DNA of 64,000 nucleotides from Nitrospirota bacterium (GTDB lineage Bacteria; Nitrospirota; Thermodesulfovibrionia; UBA6902): NCBI GenBank assembly GCA_016222905.1, contig JACRPZ010000002.1, positions 5,874 to 69,873 of the forward strand, read 5' to 3'. Shown piece by piece: positions 1 to 9,516 of this stretch (position 1 is its first letter; each line of letters starts with the position of its first letter). The notes under the pieces were generated by a model. It saw only the letters and a program-made list of their open reading frames with translations, ran no database searches and was not told where the DNA came from. The position numbers and the translations under genes were made by a program.

Positions 1-2
1 AC

Positions 3-1808
3 GATGACAATGATGGATTAACTGATTACGAAGAGAGTCTTATTGGAACAAACCCCTTAAATCCAGATACTGATGGTGATGGAATTAATGATATGGATGA
101 TGCCTATCCTTTAGACCCGGCACATATACCTACTGCAACAACCAATCCAGCAACAGATATAAATAGTAAGTCAGCCACATTAAGCGCAACAGTCAATCCT
201 AATGGCGCAGAAACAACAGTATATTTCCAATGGGGCTTGGACACATCATACGGGAATGCAACCACTTCTCAATCCATGGGGCACTGGATTGGTGATCACT
301 ATGCATCAGATGATGTAACAAATCTCTTGCCAAATACGATTTATCACTACAGGTTGGCAGCGGCTAATATCGTCGGGACAAGTTATGGCAATGATGTGAG
401 CTTTACAACCGGCCCTGTAGCCCCATCCGATCTTACAGCAATAGCTATCTCTCCAAACCGGATTGACCTTTCATGGTCAGATAATTCTGATAATGAAACA
501 GGCTTTATGATAGAGCGCAAGATTGGCTGGATATATAATCAGATTGCTATTGTAGAAGCAAATGTAAATACATACTCTGATACAGGATTAACAGCAGGAG
601 TAACTTGCGTCTACAGAGTGACTGCATATAATTCTGCGGGAAACTCTGATTTCAGTAATGAAGCTTATGCAACAACAATAGTTATTTCTCCGATTGTAAC
701 TACCAACTCTGCGACTAATGTAAATGGCAACTCTGCTACATTGAATGGCACAGCGAATCCCAATGGTTCAGCGACAACAGTATTTTTTGAATACGGAACA
801 AGCACATCTTATGAATATAGAACATCTGATCAGCTAATCGGAAATGGAACTGGTGATGTTAGCGTAAGAGCCGATATAACAGGACTTTCCCCAAGCACTA
901 CTTATTATTACAGAGTTGTTGCTGCAAATGCGGCCGGATCAATCAATGGAAATGATGTAAGTTTTACAACACCGCCGATTACATTAACAATAGCATCTCC
1001 TTTAAATAGTGCAACTATAAACAGACCTGATGTAATGGTAAAAGGCACAATTACAAATGCAAATGGCAATGAGACAGGAGTAACGGTTAACGGGATGGTT
1101 GCAACTGTTTACAATGGACAGTTCTTTGTAAACCATGTGCCGTTACAGGAAGGGCAGAACACCATAACCGTTACAGCCACTGACACGGCCGGATACACGG
1201 CATCAACCTCAATAATTGTTAATGCGGTTACAACAATGCCACATGTGACACTGAATTCAAATATAGAATCAGGGATAGCGCCGATTACGACATATTTCAC
1301 AGTATCAACAAGTATTCCCAATTCAGCAGCAACATATGAGATGGATTATAACGGAGACGGGACTATTGATTACACAGGGACAACTTTTGACAACATAAGC
1401 GCAACATACTCCATTGAAGGCATTTATTATCCGACAGTGACCGTTACAGACTCGCACAGCTATACATACACAGACACAATAGCGATTGTTGTGTTGAATG
1501 CAGCAGAGCTTGATGCTTTATTAAGAAGTAAGTGGAATGCTATGACAAACCGTCTAAGCGCTCAAGACATAACAACAGCACTTACTTACATATCGCCCAG
1601 CACCAGAGCAATCTATCAGCAGATGTATAGCGTCATAATAGACCAGTTGCCAGACATGGTCTCTACACAAACGGGCTTTGACTTGGTTTCTATTAAGGAT
1701 AATGTAGCTATCTATGAATTAGTGACTTTAGAAAATGGAGAGACATTCTCATATGAAGTGCGCCTCACAAAGGACGTAAATGGACTATGGATGATACAGG
1801 AGTTTTAG
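3..1808 (+). CDS. Secreted cell-surface protein, 5'-truncated at the window edge. It has thrombospondin type-3-like Ca-binding repeats (DTDGDGINDMDD) followed by several fibronectin-III/Ig-like (PKD/Big-like) domains.
   Basis: The reading frame is open from the window start (DDNDGLTDYEESLIGTNPLNPDTDGDGIND) in frame with the ATG at 93. The translation shows repeated ~90-aa segments with Fn3-like signatures (PSDLTAIAISPNRIDLSWSD...YRVTAYNSAGNS) and repeated 'NPNG..TTV.F.YGT..SY' modules. Stop at 1808. Confidence 0.55.
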   Translation, partial: DDNDGLTDYEESLIGTNPLNPDTDGDGINDMDDAYPLDPAHIPTATTNPATDINSKSATLSATVNPNGAETTVYFQWGLDTSYGNATTSQSMGHWIGDHYASDDVTNLLPNTIYHYRLAAANIVGTSYGNDVSFTTGPVAPSDLTAIAISPNRIDLSWSDNSDNETGFMIERKIGWIYNQIAIVEANVNTYSDTGLTAGVTCVYRVTAYNSAGNSDFSNEAYATTIVISPIVTTNSATNVNGNSATLNGTANPNGSATTVFFEYGTSTSYEYRTSDQLIGNGTGDVSVRADITGLSPSTTYYYRVVAANAAGSINGNDVSFTTPPITLTIASPLNSATINRPDVMVKGTITNANGNETGVTVNGMVATVYNGQFFVNHVPLQEGQNTITVTATDTAGYTASTSIIVNAVTTMPHVTLNSNIESGIAPITTYFTVSTSIPNSAATYEMDYNGDGTIDYTGTTFDNISATYSIEGIYYPTVTVTDSHSYTYTDTIAIVVLNAAELDALLRSKWNAMTNRLSAQDITTALTYISPSTRAIYQQMYSVIIDQLPDMVSTQTGFDLVSIKDNVAIYELVTLENGETFSYEVRLTKDVNGLWMIQEF

Positions 1809-1839
1809 TGAATCTTTAAAAAATGAAGGAGTATGACTC

Positions 1840-2457
1840 ATGAAAAATGCGTTAATCATTTTTTTATTAACAATAATTTTCATCTTAAATGCTTCTATAT
1901 CTTATGCGGGCTGGCTTGTTTATCACAAACCGGAATTTAAAGGGAAGGTCATAGATGCCGAGACGAAAGAGCCGATAGAAGGAGCTGTGGTTGTAGTTGT
2001 TTATAAGAAACATTCTTTAATAAGCGGCCCAGGTGGTGGGTACACATCTGTAATAAATGTCAAAGAGGCTTTGACCGATAAAAAGGGGGAATTTTATTTC
2101 CCGTCTTATTCTACTGTAATTCAGCCCAATTCAATAGAGGATTATGCCGAATTTATTATTTATAAACCCGGATATGGTAGTTATCCCAACTATCAAATGA
2201 CTCCCCTTGGACTTAATGCGCCCAGTGAAGAGATATTTTTCTCAAAGGGGATCGGAAGCACGGGCGAATTAGAGGGGTTGGTTCAGCGAAAAATTGAAAT
2301 GATCAAAGTTACGTTTGGCCTCGTAGAACTGCCTAAGCTGAAGACGAGGGAAGAGAGATTAAAGGCAAGAATGATTGGCGTAACTGGGTATACTTCAAAA
2401 GAGTTGCCGCTTCTATATAGGGCAATCGGGGAAAAAGATAACTTCTTGTATAAATAA
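1840..2457 (+). CDS. Small secreted protein, paralog A1 of a triplicated cassette. Signal peptide plus a carboxypeptidase-regulatory-like/transthyretin-like beta-sandwich motif (GKVIDAETKEPIEGAVVVVVY).
   Basis: N-terminal hydrophobic signal peptide ending ...ISYAGW. The motif 'GxVxDAETKxPIEGAVV' is typical of CarbopepD_reg-like domains. Paralogous to ORFs at 3297-3974 and 4594-5247 (shared GWLxYHKPEFKG, FIIxKPGYGxxP, IVELPKLKTREER). RBS 'gaaggag' lies upstream. Confidence 0.55.
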   Translation: MKNALIIFLLTIIFILNASISYAGWLVYHKPEFKGKVIDAETKEPIEGAVVVVVYKKHSLISGPGGGYTSVINVKEALTDKKGEFYFPSYSTVIQPNSIEDYAEFIIYKPGYGSYPNYQMTPLGLNAPSEEIFFSKGIGSTGELEGLVQRKIEMIKVTFGLVELPKLKTREERLKARMIGVTGYTSKELPLLYRAIGEKDNFLYK

Positions 2458-2466
2458 AAAAAGTCT

Positions 2467-3303
2467 ATGAAAAATATATTTCTGAAGCAACTTATGATCT
2501 TATCACTCATTATTGTAATGGCAACGACTACTCATGCTTTGCTGGTCGATACTCATAAAGCGATAAATACCTATATTGCCCAAAATTCGCTGAATGGATT
2601 TTCTTTGGATACATATTCAAAATCCGAATTAGGATTACAAAGCGGCATAGAAGAAAAGTTTAAGAATCTGATGTTATGGGAATGGCTTCGTGATGGTGGC
2701 GAATATGAGGACGTTCCTTACAGGTGGATGCCCTACCTCCGCTCAGTTAATCATTTTCATAATCCGCTAACTGACCAAGGCTTCAGCGGTATCTGGGGCA
2801 CTGATTTTTTGTACGGAGTCTCTGCCACACAATGGTCGCAGTGGCCACTCGGGGCTCAGACCGTGCAAGTGCTTGGGAGCGGGAATTATTCATGGTATGA
2901 TGTGAGGGATTATTATTACAACGCCCTGACATTAACTAATAAAACTGATAGAGAGACAAATTTTGCTGAGACTTTTCGAGGGCTGGGTCAGTTGATGCAT
3001 TTGGTTGAGGACATGTCAGTGCCTGAACATACAAGAGATGATGGACACTATATATTATACGATTATGAGCAATGGGTTAGGGACGAAATAAAAACTTATA
3101 GTCAGCTTTCACAATATGCCCTATTTTATTTTTTTGACTCATCTGCAATTGGAAATCCTAATCCCCTTGCCCCTGTCCCGTTTGCTAATCTCTTTGATAC
3201 AAATCAATACGACGGAACATATCCAAATAGAACATTACAGAGCAACATCGGACTTTCTGAATATACTAATACCAACTTCTTCAGCGAGGGGAAATTATGC
3301 TAA
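2467..3303 (+). CDS. Secreted protein of the Zn-dependent phospholipase C / P1-S1 nuclease superfamily, paralog B1.
   Basis: Signal peptide. 'VNHFHNPL' matches the PLC 'SHFYDPDN' region. 'MHLVEDMSVPEHTRDDGHY' reproduces the H-x3-D-x5-H zinc-ligand spacing of 'LHYLGDVNQPMHAAN' in Bacillus PLC and of 'HFIGDMTQPLHDE' in P1 nuclease. Paralogous to 3971-4597 and the N-terminal domain of 5252-8476. Confidence 0.6.
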   Translation: MKNIFLKQLMILSLIIVMATTTHALLVDTHKAINTYIAQNSLNGFSLDTYSKSELGLQSGIEEKFKNLMLWEWLRDGGEYEDVPYRWMPYLRSVNHFHNPLTDQGFSGIWGTDFLYGVSATQWSQWPLGAQTVQVLGSGNYSWYDVRDYYYNALTLTNKTDRETNFAETFRGLGQLMHLVEDMSVPEHTRDDGHYILYDYEQWVRDEIKTYSQLSQYALFYFFDSSAIGNPNPLAPVPFANLFDTNQYDGTYPNRTLQSNIGLSEYTNTNFFSEGKLC

Positions 3304-3974
3304 CAAAATTATTAATAGGTCTTTTAATAGTCATTTCATTTTCTATAATCTTATCTATTCCTTCACATGCTTGGCTCACCTACCATAAGCCGGAATTTAA
3401 AGGACAAGTTATCAATGCGGAGACCAAACAGCCCATTGATGGCGCCGTTGTCGTTGCAGTGTACAACAAGGCAACAATGGGAGTGGGAGCGGGTTCAATG
3501 TCCTCGGTCATCAACATTAGAGAGACTCTAACCGATAAGGATGGCATGTTTCGCATCCCTTCGTATACAACTCTTATTCAACCTTTTTCATGGGAAATAA
3601 GTGCAAGTTTTATCATATTTAAACCGGGATATGGGACTTTCCCTAAGCAGCATAAATATCCGCCTGGTTTGAGTTTACCAGACCAAGAGATTTTCTTTAG
3701 CGCGGGCGTAGGAGCAGAAAGGTCGTTAAAGGCATATGTAGGTTGGCGATATGAAGACAAAATTCTAAAGACTGGCATTGTTGAACTTCCCAAATTAAAG
3801 ACTTGGATAGAAAGAATTGAGAGTCATGAGTCTGCCTATATTGATGGAGATATTCCAGATTCAAAAATCCCAAAGTTTAGACTGATTTTGAAAGAAGAAG
3901 ATAATTATTTGAAACCTATGTATAGGTTTGATCGAAAGAAACTTAATATTCCTGTGGGAGAATTCCCTAAATGA
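3297..3974 (+). CDS. Small secreted CarbopepD_reg/transthyretin-like protein, paralog A2.
   Basis: Its start ATG overlaps the stop of the upstream gene (ATGCTAA). Near-identical over long stretches to paralog A3 (4594-5247): GWLTYHKPEFKGQVI.AETKQPI.GAVVVAVYNKATMG... Confidence 0.6.
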   Translation: MLTKLLIGLLIVISFSIILSIPSHAWLTYHKPEFKGQVINAETKQPIDGAVVVAVYNKATMGVGAGSMSSVINIRETLTDKDGMFRIPSYTTLIQPFSWEISASFIIFKPGYGTFPKQHKYPPGLSLPDQEIFFSAGVGAERSLKAYVGWRYEDKILKTGIVELPKLKTWIERIESHESAYIDGDIPDSKIPKFRLILKEEDNYLKPMYRFDRKKLNIPVGEFPK

Positions 3975-4597
3975 AAATAGTGGCGATTAAGAGGAAATTA
4001 TTCAGGATGTTTATTTTATTGATTGTTTCGCTTGTGTCGCATATATTCCTTCAGGCAAACGCAGTAGCTTTAGATAAAGAAACACATTATTTGCTTAATC
4101 AGAAAATTGTTGTAGGAACCAACTTGGATAATTATTTAAAAGTAAATTTAGGAGTAACCAATGGTATAAAAGAAGAATTTGACGTCAAGACGGTATTAGA
4201 ATGGGTCAAAGAAGGCGGCAAGAAAGAAGACGAGCCGATCTACCTCCGTTCAGTTAATCATTTCCACGATCCATTGGCGACGTCATTAAGTGACGCTGGG
4301 TTCAGCGGCTTCTGGTTTACAGATTTTCTGTCTGGTTCATCATCTATTCAGTGGTCTCAGTACCCACTCGGTGCGCAGACCATGCAAGTGCTCGGAAGCG
4401 GGAATTATTCATGGTATGATGTGAGGGATTATTACTACAAAGCGCTAACATCGGTTAATAATTTAGATAGAGGGAACAATTATGCCGAAACTTTCAGATG
4501 GCTTGGCCAACTTATGCATCTTGTAGAAGATATGAGCGTGCCTGAGCATGCGAGAGATGACGGGCATTATGCAGATGAGAGGAGCGAAATCATATGA
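3971..4597 (+). CDS. Secreted Zn-PLC/P1-nuclease-superfamily protein, paralog B2 (208 aa).
   Basis: ATGA start/stop overlap with A2. Carries the 'YLRSVNHFHDPLATSLSDAGFSG' and 'HLVEDMSVPEHARDDGHY' motifs. Nearly identical to residues ~90-290 of the large B3 protein. Confidence 0.6.
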   Translation: MKIVAIKRKLFRMFILLIVSLVSHIFLQANAVALDKETHYLLNQKIVVGTNLDNYLKVNLGVTNGIKEEFDVKTVLEWVKEGGKKEDEPIYLRSVNHFHDPLATSLSDAGFSGFWFTDFLSGSSSIQWSQYPLGAQTMQVLGSGNYSWYDVRDYYYKALTSVNNLDRGNNYAETFRWLGQLMHLVEDMSVPEHARDDGHYADERSEII

Positions 4598-5247
4598 AGT
4601 CTGTAGGAATTGCAATATTGACTTTGATCATGGTCGGGCTAATAGCAACATGCTCTGAGGCTGGCTGGCTCACATACCATAAGCCGGAATTTAAAGGGCA
4701 GGTTATTGATGCTGAGACAAAGCAGCCCATTGAAGGAGCCGTTGTCGTAGCAGTGTACAACAAGGCAACAATGGGGTTGGGTGCTGGCTCAATATCCTCA
4801 ATCATCAATGTTCAAGAGACGTTAACGGATAAGGATGGACTGTTTATCATACCGCCGTATACAACTATTATTCAGCCTTTTTCATGGGAAATAAGCGCAA
4901 GTTTCATCATATTTAAACCTGGTTATGGAACTTTTCCGAAGCAACAAAAATATCCACCGGGTCTGAGTTTACCGGATCAGGAGATTTTCTTTAGCACGGG
5001 CGTAGGAGCAGAAAGGTCGTTAAAGGCGTATGTAGGTTGGCGATATGAAGACAGAATACTAAAGACCGGCATTGTTGAACTTCCTAAGCTAAAGACAAGA
5101 GAAGAGAGAATAAAAATCAATGTTTCGCCTGTTGGAGAAAAAAGTGATTGGAAAAAACAAAAAGAGTTTATAAAACTTATACGACAAGAGTGGCAGTATC
5201 TTTATCATGATGACCCACAAAATCTCTATAAAACAGAGGATGAATAA
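4594..5247 (+). CDS. Small secreted CarbopepD_reg/transthyretin-like protein, paralog A3.
   Basis: ATGA overlap with B2. Signal peptide, then GWLTYHKPEFKGQVIDAETKQPIEGAVVVAVY. Confidence 0.6.
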   Translation: MKSVGIAILTLIMVGLIATCSEAGWLTYHKPEFKGQVIDAETKQPIEGAVVVAVYNKATMGLGAGSISSIINVQETLTDKDGLFIIPPYTTIIQPFSWEISASFIIFKPGYGTFPKQQKYPPGLSLPDQEIFFSTGVGAERSLKAYVGWRYEDRILKTGIVELPKLKTREERIKINVSPVGEKSDWKKQKEFIKLIRQEWQYLYHDDPQNLYKTEDE

Positions 5248-5251
5248 ACTT

Positions 5252-8200
5252 ATGAAACAAAAAATGGTATCGTTTTGGATGCTGTTTCTATTTATTGTTG
5301 GTTTTAACTGCACGAGTTATGCTCTGGACGTAGAGACACACCGAGCAATAAATGAATATATTTCAAGTAATACGCTAAATGGCTTTTCTTTGAGCGATTA
5401 CCTTAATAACAATTTGGGGTTTACAAAGGGCAAAGAAGAAGAAATAAAGGGGCAAAAAGTTTATAAGTGGTTTAGTGACGGCGGACACTACGAAGACAAG
5501 CCGCCGTGGTATGTCCCCTATCTCAGGTCAGTGAATCATTTCCATGATCCATTGGCAACATCGTTAAGTGACGCTGGGTTTAACGGAATATGGGACACCG
5601 GCTTTTTGTCAGGACTTTCTGCTGTAGAATGGTCGCAGTGGCCGCTCGGAGCGCAGACCATGCAAGTGCTTGGAAGCGGGAATTACTCATGGTATGACGT
5701 AAGGGATTATTACTACAAAGTTCTAACATCGGTTAATAATTTAGATAGAGAGAACAAATTTGCCGAAACTTTCAGAGGACTCGGCCAACTTATGCATCTT
5801 GTGGAAGATATGAGCGTGCCTGAGCATGCGAGGAATGACGGGCATTATAAATATGCATATGAAGAATATGTTCGTGACAATGCGGGGTTAGTTGATAGTG
5901 CTGCAACGATGCCTATTTTTTTTGATAAGACCGCTCTGGGTCAGCCAAGCGTATTCGTCACGGCAGCACCCATTCCTATAGCTAATCTCTTTGATACAAA
6001 TCAATACAGCGGACCATATCCAAATCCAAATGTCACCATGAATCTCGCAATAGACCCAAACGGTAATTTTGTATCAAATATCGGTCTATCCGAATATACC
6101 AATGCCAACTTCTTGAGTCCAGATAGTATGTTTACTGCTGCCTTTCCCTATCCCAATTGGGGAAGTGTGGTTGAACATGATGAAACAATTTCTGGAAAAA
6201 AGAGGACCTATCTAAGGAAACTTGGCAAAAATGAGACTGAAGCAGGAAAAACTGGCAATGGGGAACATGTGGAACATCTCGCGGTAGGCAGGTGGGGCTA
6301 TAAGCTTCTTCCTTCTTTGCTTAAACAGACTGGAATTTATTTAAAAATGGATGAACAAGTTTATTCCGACTACGCAGAAAAACTCATCCCCCGCGCCGTC
6401 GGCTACTCCGCAGGGCTGCTTGATTACTTCTTCAGGGGTGATATAGACATGGTTCCTGATGACACCCTTGGTTACGGCTATGTAATCGTAAATAATACAG
6501 AAGAGGATATGGACGGAACATTTGAGCTTTACTATGATAACTCACATGATGTGAGGACAAAGCTTTCGAGTTATGACCTTACTCTTGATACATTCAGCTC
6601 AGGCAATAACAAAAGCGGTAATATAAATTTTACCTGGCCGAATGATGCAGTAAAATATATTCTTGTCTTTAGAGGAAGGCTTGGCAATGAAGAAGATGCG
6701 GTTGTGGGAAGAGTGCGTGAACTTGACAGGGATTTTTTGTTTTTAGTGAACCTCGACTTACAGCAAACAGCATTTGAAATTAAAACCGTTAATCATCAAT
6801 ATCAGTTAATACCTGCGTCTAAAGACATTAATATTACACCATATATCGGTTCAACATTATTAACCGTTCAGTCTCATCCGGATAAAAAGGAACATAAGGC
6901 TATGTTACCTTTTTATGTTTATTATGCAGATGGTATTCACACAAGTTATTACCCCGATATCAAATATTATGGCACAGAGGATGATAAATTAATTAATAAT
7001 GTAGAGTGGGGTAATGTTGTAGTAGGTTTTCCACAAGCTTACATTCCAAGTAATTTTACAGTGGGAAGCCCATATGTTTGGGACAGCGGATTTGCATATG
7101 GAGAGTGGGTATCTAATAATAGATATCCTTACGTTTGGAGACTTGCTTCGTATATTCATGGAAGAAGACCATTTGAAGTGGTGGATAATAGGCTGGTGGC
7201 AAAAAACATTAACATTAGAAAAAATGATGCTTATACTTATTACGACAATGATTACACGGGGCCTTTTCATATTCAATATAAAGATGAAAGTGGGGACTGG
7301 GTTCGAGGGATAGATTTGCCATCACAGGGAGGTGCTGATACTATGAGCTGGGATGGATTTGATATAATATGCACTACAACAGGCGATATATTTTATTCGA
7401 GTCATTACGAAAAGTCATGTGAATTAGAAACACAAACTTCTTCAAGAACTACTCCTCTTCAAATCAACTATCTGGCAATTCTTAATGAAGACATAAATAT
7501 ATACCAAAAGACTAACGTGTCAAATAGTTCCTTAGAATCGGATGGGGGAATAGGAACAGGAACGTTTAATTGGGATGGCATATATTGGGAGGACTATTAC
7601 TCGGGTGTATGTACAAGAGAAACTGGGGAAGAAATTTTCAAGTTCATAAAAATTGGTAGTTCTTCAAATTCTAATTCAGATAGCGAATTATATGTAGGCG
7701 ATATTATGTTGGATCGCTTTGAAATTAATACCGATGAAACAGGAGGGGTATGGAAAAACTTCGGCAGATCAATAAATAGAACCTATTATGTTGGATCATG
7801 CAATTCTCCTCCTTCCAATAGTCGTGTCTGGGATAATTTTTCTCTAAATAATAGCTCTACTACAGTGGGAAAAAGTTTTTTGTCAGTAATGGACTATGAT
7901 TATTATGAAGGAGATAAATATTTTATACTTTTTTATAAGTATGACGAAAAAAATGATTCGGGAACAGGCGTTATTACTGGCTTAGGCCCATATTCCTATG
8001 AATCGGACAGCTATGAATCGTACATAATGGAAGAGACGGGATATGGTGAATCATACGATAATAGTTATTCCACTAAAACTCGATATAAGTTGGCATATAA
8101 AATAGATGGGCAGATAAATTCTATCGAACTTCCTTATATCGGCATATGGAATAGACATCAGGCAGCTCACTCTATAGGCATTGATTGTGCTTCCGTGGAA

Positions 8201-8476
8201 GATTGTCTAATTATGGAAGAGACTGCTAATGATGAAAGCACCGGGGGACAACAGATTACAGGAGTGTCCCTTCAGATTAATGATAAAAATATGGTTTACA
8301 CATATATTATTAAAAGATATGATAATGGTAATTGGGTTTTTGATAAGCGCATCATTGGCATAATAAATATCTCGGATAATGCTTTACCAATAGGCCACAG
8401 ACAGGAATTTGAGCTTGATTTTTCAGGAATAAATTTTGATCCGTCGTCACTGTCAGCAATCGGAGTTACGAGGTAG
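5252..8476 (+). CDS. Large secreted protein, paralog B3. An N-terminal Zn-PLC/P1-nuclease-like domain is followed by an ~880-aa C-terminal extension of unknown function.
   Basis: The ORF track begins at 5207 and overlaps A3. The likelier start is the ATG at 5252 (MKQKMVSFWMLFLFIVGFNCTSYA, signal peptide), 4 nt after the A3 stop. The N-terminal 300 aa are paralogous to B1/B2. The remaining sequence has no family I can recognise; it is rich in Y/N/D/G. Confidence 0.55.
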   Translation: MKQKMVSFWMLFLFIVGFNCTSYALDVETHRAINEYISSNTLNGFSLSDYLNNNLGFTKGKEEEIKGQKVYKWFSDGGHYEDKPPWYVPYLRSVNHFHDPLATSLSDAGFNGIWDTGFLSGLSAVEWSQWPLGAQTMQVLGSGNYSWYDVRDYYYKVLTSVNNLDRENKFAETFRGLGQLMHLVEDMSVPEHARNDGHYKYAYEEYVRDNAGLVDSAATMPIFFDKTALGQPSVFVTAAPIPIANLFDTNQYSGPYPNPNVTMNLAIDPNGNFVSNIGLSEYTNANFLSPDSMFTAAFPYPNWGSVVEHDETISGKKRTYLRKLGKNETEAGKTGNGEHVEHLAVGRWGYKLLPSLLKQTGIYLKMDEQVYSDYAEKLIPRAVGYSAGLLDYFFRGDIDMVPDDTLGYGYVIVNNTEEDMDGTFELYYDNSHDVRTKLSSYDLTLDTFSSGNNKSGNINFTWPNDAVKYILVFRGRLGNEEDAVVGRVRELDRDFLFLVNLDLQQTAFEIKTVNHQYQLIPASKDINITPYIGSTLLTVQSHPDKKEHKAMLPFYVYYADGIHTSYYPDIKYYGTEDDKLINNVEWGNVVVGFPQAYIPSNFTVGSPYVWDSGFAYGEWVSNNRYPYVWRLASYIHGRRPFEVVDNRLVAKNINIRKNDAYTYYDNDYTGPFHIQYKDESGDWVRGIDLPSQGGADTMSWDGFDIICTTTGDIFYSSHYEKSCELETQTSSRTTPLQINYLAILNEDINIYQKTNVSNSSLESDGGIGTGTFNWDGIYWEDYYSGVCTRETGEEIFKFIKIGSSSNSNSDSELYVGDIMLDRFEINTDETGGVWKNFGRSINRTYYVGSCNSPPSNSRVWDNFSLNNSSTTVGKSFLSVMDYDYYEGDKYFILFYKYDEKNDSGTGVITGLGPYSYESDSYESYIMEETGYGESYDNSYSTKTRYKLAYKIDGQINSIELPYIGIWNRHQAAHSIGIDCASVEDCLIMEETANDESTGGQQITGVSLQINDKNMVYTYIIKRYDNGNWVFDKRIIGIINISDNALPIGHRQEFELDFSGINFDPSSLSAIGVTR

Positions 8477-8776
8477 AGGACGCATTAAAGGCAGGATTAG
8501 CATAGCTATAGGACAATCTCAACGAAAAAGAAAAAGGGAGTCACCCATTTTGTCAAGAGCCAATAATAATCCATAGCGCAAAAGATGTTTTTTTTTGGGG
8601 AAAAAATTACGTAGTGTCAAGAGCGCGCTTGTAATTTTTCTTCATCATGAGACCATTGTTTTTGTGATAACTTCCCCATTCAAACAGTAATTTCTGCAAG
8701 CTTATCCTTTTAATTTTCAAATAACCTTTGCTATACTAACCATTATAACCATACTAATTGACATAGGAGGCATAAA

Positions 8777-9043
8777 ATGGTTAAAACCATATCCGCAATC
8801 AAGGCGCGTCAGAAGCTTGGACAGGTAATGAATGAGGTCTCTCTTAGGGAAGATGAATACATTGTTGAGAGGGCGGGCAAGCCGCTTGTTGCAATTATAC
8901 CGATTGAGCAATATATGAGCATCAAAAAAGACCGCTCTGATTTCTTTGGTATGGTCAGCGAGTTACAGAGATCATCTGATGCTGAAAATATTGAAACTGA
9001 CATTGAAGAGGCTGTTAAACACCACAGAAGGCTGAAGAAGTGA
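8777..9043 (+). CDS. Phd/YefM-family type II antitoxin.
   Basis: 88 aa; 'MVKTISAIKARQKLGQVMNEVSLREDEYIVERAGKPLVAIIPIEQY' is the characteristic Phd/YefM N-terminal fold signature. Strong RBS (taggagg) upstream. Overlaps the downstream PIN gene by 4 nt. Confidence 0.8.
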   Translation: MVKTISAIKARQKLGQVMNEVSLREDEYIVERAGKPLVAIIPIEQYMSIKKDRSDFFGMVSELQRSSDAENIETDIEEAVKHHRRLKK

Positions 9044-9468
9044 TTCACATTGTCATTGATGCGAATCTTTTTGTGAGCGCCGTACTGAAGCCTGACTCCA
9101 GACCGGCTGAGATAATCTCCCTTGTCCGTGATGATAAGATAAAGCTGTTGATGTCTGAAGATATTGAGAATGAGATCAGGGCGGTTTTGCTATATCCAAA
9201 GATCGCCCGAAGGCATAAAAAAAACAAAGAGTATATTGATACTTTTTTCAATAAATTAAGATCAGCGGCAATATTTGTGATGCCTAAAGAAAGGCTTTCT
9301 GTGGTAAAGGATGACCCAAGTGACAATAAATATCTTGAGTGCGCAGTGGCCGGGAATGCCCAGTATATACTCACCGGAGACAGTCATCTCAAAGAGATAG
9401 CCGTCTATAAAGGCATAAGGGTAATTACTGCTGCTGATTTCCTTGCAATTATAAATAGGCAAAAATGA
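9040..9468 (+). CDS. PIN-domain toxin (VapC-like; 'putative toxin-antitoxin system toxin component, PIN family').
   Basis: 142 aa; 'IVIDANLFVSAVL' at the N-terminus, plus conserved acidic positions (D8, E.., 'LTGDSHL') typical of the TIGR00305-type PIN toxin. Translationally coupled to the Phd gene. Confidence 0.75.
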   Translation: MIHIVIDANLFVSAVLKPDSRPAEIISLVRDDKIKLLMSEDIENEIRAVLLYPKIARRHKKNKEYIDTFFNKLRSAAIFVMPKERLSVVKDDPSDNKYLECAVAGNAQYILTGDSHLKEIAVYKGIRVITAADFLAIINRQK

Positions 9469-9516
9469 GTGATGGAATATAGGTAGAGCAAGCCAATACC
9501 CGCTGTAATTTGAGAC

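Noticed and set aside
1109-1321. Antisense 70-aa ORF inside the Fn3-repeat gene, and similar short antisense ORFs (2283-2510, 3578-3793, 4590-4808, 5089-5313, 6989-7276, 9844-10321, 10873-11445, 13631-13912, 17836-18543, 20854-21405, 28785-29117, 35448-35732, 36672-37260, 37419-38165, 46374-47330, 52200-53204, 53454-53977, 54312-54913, etc.)
   Set aside because: Each lies fully inside a longer ORF that has clear family signatures on the other strand or in another frame. None has an RBS or motif support. They are typical shadow ORFs.
3116-3388. 90-aa ORF spanning the B1/A2 junction
   Set aside because: It is out of frame with both flanking paralogous genes, which are supported by paralogy. 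It has low-complexity hydrophobic content.
5207-5251. Upstream extension of the B3 start (MMTHKISIKQRMNKL...) given in the ORF track
   Set aside because: It overlaps the 3' end of A3, and the downstream ATG at 5252 yields a canonical signal peptide. The shorter start was preferred, although the longer one cannot be excluded.
8477-8776. Possible tRNA or attachment site left of defense island 1 (duplicated 'tgtcaagagc' 10-mer at 8551 and 8613)
   Set aside because: No cloverleaf-compatible sequence could be recognised by eye. The 10-mer duplication is too short to call a direct repeat or att site without a genome-wide comparison.
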